Part shown: piece by piece, positions 55,704 through 64,000 of the stretch | How the letters are laid out: each line of letters starts with the position of its first letter | How positions within the stretch are numbered: the first letter of the stretch is position 1 | Assembly (NCBI GenBank): GCA_964016885.1 | Contig: OZ024742.1 | Location: 9,176,001 to 9,240,000, forward strand | DNA length: 64,000 nucleotides | Reading direction: 5' to 3' | DNA from: Eledone cirrhosa | Taxonomy: Eukaryota | Translations under genes and position numbers: made by a program | Notes under the pieces: generated by a model | What the model saw: only the letters and a program-made list of their open reading frames with translations | Told to the model about the DNA's origin: nothing | The model's database searches: none

Positions 55704-58700
55704 TCTTCCCCCAACCCTTGCTTTCACATACACACACACACACACGTACACCTACACGCACACACCACCTTCAGCCCTCCCCGCTCGGACACCCCGTCTC
55801 CCTCTCTCCACTCCACCCGCCACCACCCCTACACGCCCCACATCCTTCCACCGCCTGTTTTACCCCATTTTAATTTTATTTTGATCATGCCTTTATTTTT
55901 AATTTCATTTGCACCGTTTCCTCTCACCCCCTTTTTGCTATATGTCTCCCCACCCCCTACACACCCTTTGAACTCTCTTCCCACACACTTTTCACCTGAA
56001 GAAGGGCTTATGCCCGAAACGTCGTTCCCACCACCACCCCACTCTGAAGAGCGTGAAATTAATAAACATTTGTTGTACTGCCTCTCTGTTTGGTTCCCGT
56101 TCAATTTTTCATTATACAATACACGCTCACACGGCTTCCATACCTTTGGAATATAACCTAACTACCGGCTCAACACCGATCTAATCCGCCGTGACCACTC
56201 TCTGAACTTTCCACACACCTTCCCACACTTGTTCTTTCCTTCCACGCATTACCTTTGTTTGATTTTTTTACTGTACTTGTTTATTTCTGTATATGATTTT
56301 TTGCCTGTGTTTTTACAATTTTATTTCTATGATTTTTTGTTCACGATTGCCTGTGTTTTTACCTTTATGATTTTTTTGTCTTTATTTTTCCTGTGTATAC
56401 TCTCCCCTCCTTACGTTTTTCTGTTTCCTTTTCCCTTCCCCGCATCTGCCTATCCTTCGCACTCACTCCTTCGTTCACTCCACCCCGCTTCACACACCTG
56501 CTTTCTCATCCCTCCCCCTGCTTTCACCCAACGCCCAAGCCTTCCTCTCCTTCATCCAAAACCTCAACCACGACCTCTTCTCCTTCCTCACCTCCACCAA
56601 AGCCCGCAAGCTACACTCACTCCTCCCAACCACCCCATCCACCACCACCCGCCCATCCCCATGAGCCCACCACTCTCCACCCCTCCCTCGATCCACACCC
56701 ATACCCAATCTCCACTCTCCACCTCACCCCTCACCACACCCTCCATCCCCCCACACACCCAAACCCCACCACTTGTTGTCACCATACCCCCTGATCTCCC
56801 CCTCTCCGCACCCGAGCGCTCACTCCTTAGTAGAGGCCTTCGCTTCATACCCCACACTCCGCACAGCGACGAGTTCCGCACCCGAACGGAAGTCGAGCGA
56901 TTCGTGCGACGCACGAAGCTACAGGCACATTTCGTCCGAACGCCACCGGCTCCGGACGCCCCAGACCCGTTTCTCGCCCTGGGCCGACGACCATCTTCTT
57001 GGACGCCGGCCCCAGGGCAATTTAGCACCCTGGACGCCTTCGTCGATGCCAGCCGTAGCGCCGTAAATCATTTCGACTTCTGCCACCGTTCCAAACGGAA
57101 TAATATCTTACGGGGCGAACTCCTCGCTCTCCGCTCCCTCCGTATCCGAGATGACATCGTCATCAAACCGACGGACAAGGGAGGCGCCGTGGTGGTGTGG
57201 CGCGCGGACCTCTACACGGCCGAAGCCCTCAGTCTCATCTCCGCCTTTCTCGACTCCATCATCGCCCCCCTTGTCACCACCCTCCCCTCCCACATCTCCG
57301 ACACCAACCACGCCCTGCGCCTTTTCGACTCCTTCACCTACCCACCCGGCCCACAGCCCTTCCTCTTCACCCTAGATATCAAGTCCCTCTATACCGTCAT
57401 CCCCCACGCCGACGGCCTACGCGCCCTCAAACACTACCTCGACCTTCGCCCCTCCCCCATTCCCTCAACCCCCACCCTCCTTCGCCTCGCCGACCTGGTC
57501 CTCACCCTCAATTGTTTCTCCTTCTCGGGTGAGTTTTACCAACAGGTCACGGGGGTAGCCATGGGTACAAGAATGGGCCCAAACTTTTGCCAACCTTTGT
57601 GTTGGCCATATTGAGGCCCAAATCTTTGCCCAGTACACCGGCCCCACGCCCAAAATGTACGGTCGTTACATCGACGACTGTATCGGAGCCACGACCCTCA
57701 CCCGAGAACAGCTCGACTCCTTTCTCTCCTTCTTCTGCTCCTTCCACCCCTCCCTCCACCTCACCACCTCTATCTCCACCACCCACGTCCACTTCTTAGA
57801 CATCTCCGTCGCCTTCGACCCCTCCCACCACTCCCTCGTCACCTCCGCCTTCTTCAAACCTACCGACTCCCACTCTTACCTCGACTTCATCTCTTCCCAC
57901 CCCACACACACTAAACGCTCTATTCCCTACTCCCAACTCCTCAGGATCCGCGCCTCTGTAGCCGAGATGCAACACCTGTCCCCACATCACCAACACCACC
58001 ACCTTCCAGGGTCCCAACGGCCACCCTCTCTCTGTCCGGCATGCCTTCCGCTGCACCTCCTCCAACCTAGTCTATGGAATTCGTTGCACGGAGAGCAGCG
58101 CGACTTACGTCGGACAGATTGGACGTCGCCTGGCGGACAGATTTACTGAGCACCTCCGGGATATTCGTCTCGGTGGTAGTTCCCCCATCGCCCGCCACTT
58201 TGGTGCCCCTGGACATTCCGCACGCCATCTCACAGTCTGTGGCCTACTCCAATGCCACGGAACACCCGCCAATCTCCTCAGAGTTGAACAACGAACCATC
58301 TTCATCTTACAGACCCACACTCCCCCGGCCTGAACTGCCCACCCTTATTCCTTTAGATTTCGACCGCCCCCCTCCACCCACACATATCCCCTACTAACAG
58401 CACTAACACACCCCTCCTTTTCACCGCCCACCCCACAACTAACAATACTAACACTTCTACTCCACCACACATCCGACCACCCTTCCCCAACTAACATACT
58501 AACATCCCTCCCTTCTTCTCCCCCACCCCTCCTTATCACACGCACACACCCACCGGCACATATATACACGCGCTCACACTAAACACACACCCTACTACCA
58601 CCACTAACCCTCACCCCCACACATCCACCCCACCACCCCGCAACTAACATCACTAACACCCCCTGACCCCAAGCACACGAACACACACACCCACTTACAC

Positions 58701-59867
58701 CACCCACCCTACACGCAACTAACATCACTAACACCCCCCAACCCCACGCACACGTACACACACACCCTCTTACACCACCCACTCTACACACCCTACCACC
58801 ACTGACCCTCACTCCCACCCGCATTCAACCCTTTCTCCACCTCCTGTATACTAACACCCACTATAAAACTACACACACACCAGTACACCACACTCCCTCC
58901 ATCGACTCCCACACCCTTCTCTCCCCGCTCCACCGACACCCTTTCTCCAACACTCACTCATCCCACTAACACCTCGACTAATACACACACACACCCCCTC
59001 CTCACTCCAACTTTCACACCTACCCATCCTCTCCCCCTTACCATTCTACCCTACTGCTGCTATGCCCTCTGACCATAGACACACCACACTCCTCCTGCCT
59101 TGACCACTTCCTGTTGCGCGCGCACCCCACATCTCCCCTCTTCCGACCAATCTCTTCACGGATTACACGTATGTGAACCTTGGTCCCGGAATCAACCACA
59201 ATCAAGGATTTTACCAAGCATCCCACCGGAATCACCTTTATGACTCACCCACACACACACCCAAACAAATTTGTTTCTCCACACGCCACCTACACCCACA
59301 ACACGCTTAAACACCACACACACACGTGCGTACCACCACATATCTACACATTCAGCCTCCGGTTTCCTCTCCCCCCCCCTCTATCCACACACGCACGCAC
59401 ACTCCGACCCCCCCCCCCCACATCTCTACCTGAACATGCAACCCCGTTCTTCCCCCAACCCTTGCTTTCACATATACACACACACACACACACGTACACC
59501 TACACACACACACCACCTTCAGCCCTCCCCGCTCGGACACCCCGTCTCCCTCTCTCCACTCCACCCGCCACCACCCCTACACGCCCCACATCCTTCCACC
59601 GCCTGTTTTACCCCATTTTAATTTTATTTTGATCATGCCTTTATTTTTAATTTCATTTGCACCGTTTCCTCTCACCCCCTTTTTGCTATATGTCTCTCCA
59701 CCACCCCCTACACACCCTTTGAACTCTCTTCCCACACACTTTTCACCTGAAGAAGGGCTTATGCCCGAAACGTGGTTGTCCACCACCACCCCACTCTGAA
59801 GAGCGTGAAATTAATAAACGTTTGTTGTACTGCTTCTCTGTTTTGTTCCCGTTCAATTTTTCATTAT

Positions 59868-59868
<1 letters not shown>
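55704..59868 (+). mobile_element. Neptune-like Penelope element with ~410-bp direct pLTRs
   Basis: Direct repeats at 55704-56116 and 59448-59868, each with CTGAAGA-A-GGGC-TTAT-GCCC-GAAAC (55996 and 59747). (TA)n flanks. Confidence 0.9.
56660..58330 (+). pseudogene. PLE RT plus GIY-YIG, internally deleted and frameshifted
   Basis: LSRGLRF, IKPTDKGGAVVVW, LDIKSLYTVIPH, GVAMGTRMGP, YGRYIDD, FLDISV, KPTDSHSYL..SSHP, CTSSNLVYGIRC...YVGQIGRRL.DRF.EH. Confidence 0.9.
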
Positions 59869-59922
<54 letters not shown>

Positions 59923-59932
<10 letters not shown>

Positions 59933-60045
59933 AGTGTCGGGACACGACGGCTGAGCTCTTGCCGTTTCATCAGCTAGGACCATTCTGAAACTAGGTGTTT
60001 AAACGGCAAGATCTCAGCCGTTGAGTCCCGACTCTTTATAATATA
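59923..60045. repeat. ~120-bp palindromic element adjoining (TA)n
   Basis: Arms of ~45 bp: TATTATAAAGTGTCGGGAC..GCCGTTT / AAACGGC..GTCCCGACTCTTTATAATA. Confidence 0.8.
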
Positions 60046-60120
60046 GCTATACTCTCTACACCCAGTATCGCGAGTATTCATGGTCCAAGCTATTTCAAAC
60101 TGGTTCTATCCTATATTTAT

Positions 60121-60900
<780 letters not shown>

Positions 60901-60901
60901 A

Positions 60902-61645
60902 TATAAATGGAAAAAATGAAATTTCATTTCTCACTCATAGTACGGCAGTTACTTAAATATAAGTATGTATTCGTACATGCATATATGTATACAGACGTAG
61001 AGTAGTATGTATATATATATACATACATGCACACATATATATATTTGTACGTATAGGTTTACCGCACATTTATTATAAAACGATAATATTTCGTCGGCTA
61101 ATAATCGGCCTCTTTGTTTACAAACACTGTACATATATATATGTGTGCGTGTATGTATGTATATATATACTACTGTACGTCTGTATACATATATGTATGT
61201 ACATATATATATACTTATATTTAAGTATAAGCCGTGATAAGAGTGAGAAATTAAATTTCATTTTTTCCATTTATCGCTTGCGGTACGCCCGGCCGACTAC
61301 CTCACTTGATATGCAAATTAGGCTGCCCAGCCGTTGATATGCATAAGGAAAGTATATACTTTCAGACGTTCAATCATCTGACAGGAAGGTATACGGTGCT
61401 GATGACAGCTAATAAGCTAGAAACTAGTTCATCGTTCCTTTGTCAGTGTTGAACAAAATGCAACGATGGTTGCCGAACACTGTTCAGCTAATGATTCGGG
61501 CTGTTTGTTTACAAAGAAACCGAACATTATAATAAATGTTCGGTAAACTCATACGTACATATATATATGTGTGTATGTATGTATATACATACTACTGTAC
61601 GTCTGTATACATATATATATGTACGTATAAATACTTATATATAAA
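60902..61645 (+). mobile_element. ORF-less PLE-like element with inverted and direct repeats and a hammerhead
   Basis: 60902-61040 is inverted at ~61130-61274, and 61130-61220 is repeated directly at ~61555-61640. Confidence 0.7.
61394..61434 (+). ncRNA. Minimal type I hammerhead motif
   Basis: CGGTG-CTGATGA-C-AGCT-AATA-AGCT-A-GAAA-CTAG-TT-CATCG. Palindromic stem III ACTAGT. Confidence 0.75.
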
Positions 61646-61885
61646 GAAATTTCCCCACTCTTATTTTCTCTCTTGCTATGTATCTACGTAATTCAATGCT
61701 TCTCTTCTATGTATGTTTTGTGTATATGTCCATATCTCTATGATATTGATAGACAAACAAATTATAAACATATATATTTATAATGAGATTAGTGTGTGGG
61801 AATGATAGACGTGTAGTGCACATAGAGACCCCACCATGTACACATACATATTTATAAATATATATATATATGTGTGTGTGTGCAA

Positions 61886-61967
<82 letters not shown>

Positions 61968-61978
61968 AAATATATATA

Positions 61979-62027
<49 letters not shown>

Positions 62028-62038
62028 AAATATATATA

Positions 62039-62257
<219 letters not shown>

Positions 62258-62769
62258 CCACATGAACATACCTACATAATATATCTATATTATATATACA
62301 TCTACGACAGATATTTGTGGACTGATGTTAAAATGTGCGTGTGTTTATTTGTAGAATGTAATAGTTTGAATAATATTTACTATTTATCCCTAGAGCCAAA
62401 TGTAAAAAGTAATTCAGTTTATGTTGTATACATAATACTGTGTTGAAGACAATAAGTCGATCACAATTGATTGTCCTATTATCTCAGTATCTCCACACAA
62501 AGTCTCCATATTTTTATCCTTATTAGTTTTCTGCTCTTGAAATATATGCCTGGCCAATAAAGTAATATCTTTTTAAATGGTTTCAGTCGCTGTTGTATTC
62601 ACTGTGGTATTAATGCTGGTAATACTGATGTCTATATTGGCAGCAATGGTAGTTTTAGTAGCACGAGTGGTGGTGGTGGTTGTGATGGCCGTCGTGTGGG
62701 TGGGGTGTAGGTATGGTGATTTGATGCTCTCAGCAGGGGATAACAATTACGTCTGTCTTTTAGAAGACG

Positions 62770-62814
62770 TTCCATGAAAATAGTTTCTTATCTCAATTTC
62801 TGTCTTTTAACATA

Positions 62815-62905
<91 letters not shown>

Positions 62906-62952
62906 TATGTTAAAAGACAGAAATTGAGAGATCAGAAACTATTTTCATGGAA
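62770..62952. repeat. ~48-bp inverted repeats facing across a (TA)n tract
   Basis: TTCCATGAAAATAGTTTCT..TTTTAACATACCA-(TA)n-TGGTATGTTAAAA..AGAAACTATTTTCATGGAA. Confidence 0.85.
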
Positions 62953-63027
62953 AATATATATTACATATATATTACATATATATTACATATATATTACATA
63001 TATATTACATATATATTACATATATAT

Positions 63028-63101
<74 letters not shown>

Positions 63102-63564
63102 GATTTTATGGTTCTCCACTGGAGAGAACTGGTCATTCCGTATGGTCAACCTCCATGTAATATTATGGAGAGCACTCAACGTAATGCAACTCACACGTCT
63201 TCGTTAGTGTTGTTGGTGTTGCGAGTACGGAGTTAATTATTATAAAATAACAGGAAGCTGGACTGCTGTAAATCCTTGAAAGGTTTATTATATTATGATC
63301 ACTTCAATGACTGGGTTCAGTATGAAGCCGGTGACATCATCAGGCATTCAATATATAACAAAGGAATATAACAGATAACATCCATGGGCCTGAAAATCAG
63401 AGACAAGAGGACGACCGACTATTTTGGCAGCTTCTACCTCGTTATTTTATAATATATATATATATACAGGGGAACGGACGAAGAACCCAGAAGCACACAC
63501 TTCGTCCGTTCCCATGTCGATTCAACTTGGATTGCCTCGGAAACATAACCTTATTATGTAACAA

Positions 63565-63639
63565 GCTGTCTGATGATGTCACGACACTCGTAACACAGAA
63601 CAGTGTGGTCGGTGTCGTCATTGAAATATATATCACAGC
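63565..63639 (+). ncRNA. Type I hammerhead motif with an extended stem II
   Basis: GCTGT-CTGATGA-...ACGACAC...GTGTCGT...-GAAA-TATATA-TC-ACAGC. Perfect 5-bp stem I. Confidence 0.78.
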
Positions 63640-63762
63640 ATTATTATTAAAGGACTTGAACATCTGAAACTACTTAGCTTTTACTTATTCGATATATATA
63701 TATTTAAAATAAAATAAAATAAAATAAATAAGTCAAATGTTTAAAATTTGGCTTCGTTTATT

Positions 63763-63817
63763 ACTGCTATATATATTTCGGTGACAGCCATCTTTGGCTG
63801 TGACCTCTTCAGACAGT
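63763..63817 (-). ncRNA. Type I hammerhead motif
   Basis: ACTGT-CTGAAGA-GGTCACAGCCA-AAGA-TGGCTGTCACC-GAAA-TATATA-TA-GCAGT. Confidence 0.82.
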
Positions 63818-64000
63818 CTGAATTAGTGTGGTAGAGACGTGTACACATGTGGTTGAGCTGTTTAAATTTGTCAATACTCTGATATTCCCAGTTCCTGGTT
63901 GGGTTATTGTTTCACTGAGGAACTGGAATCATATGAATTTAAACAAACGAATTTCAGCGTCAAAGGACATCCTCTCCTCTCATTGGTCAGTTGTGAGAAC

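Overview
Eukaryotic (animal) non-genic DNA made almost entirely of microsatellites and transposable elements. The SINE types and the extreme (TA)n/(TG)n density suggest an octopod cephalopod, which is an inference. I found no host gene, rRNA, tRNA or CRISPR. Contents: (1) At least four Penelope-like elements (PLEs; two Naiad-like, one GIY-YIG fragment, one Neptune-like) with direct and inverted pseudo-LTRs. With small non-autonomous derivatives they carry about a dozen type I hammerhead ribozyme motifs from several unrelated families and abut (TA)n tracts. (2) An RTE LINE with a twin-priming-type 5' inversion inside a 16-bp minisatellite. (3) tRNA-derived SINEs and a mariner-type MITE. (4) The main feature, a ~24-kb array (29.45-53.65 kb) of non-LTR retrotransposons joined by (ATT)n tracts. 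It has five R4/Dong-like RLE elements, all on the minus strand and one with an intact 1130-aa ORF, interleaved with two Tx1/L1-like APE elements on the plus strand. A SINE whose 3' end resembles the Tx1 3' end follows the same ATT strand rule. All calls were made by eye from the sequence; no searches were run.
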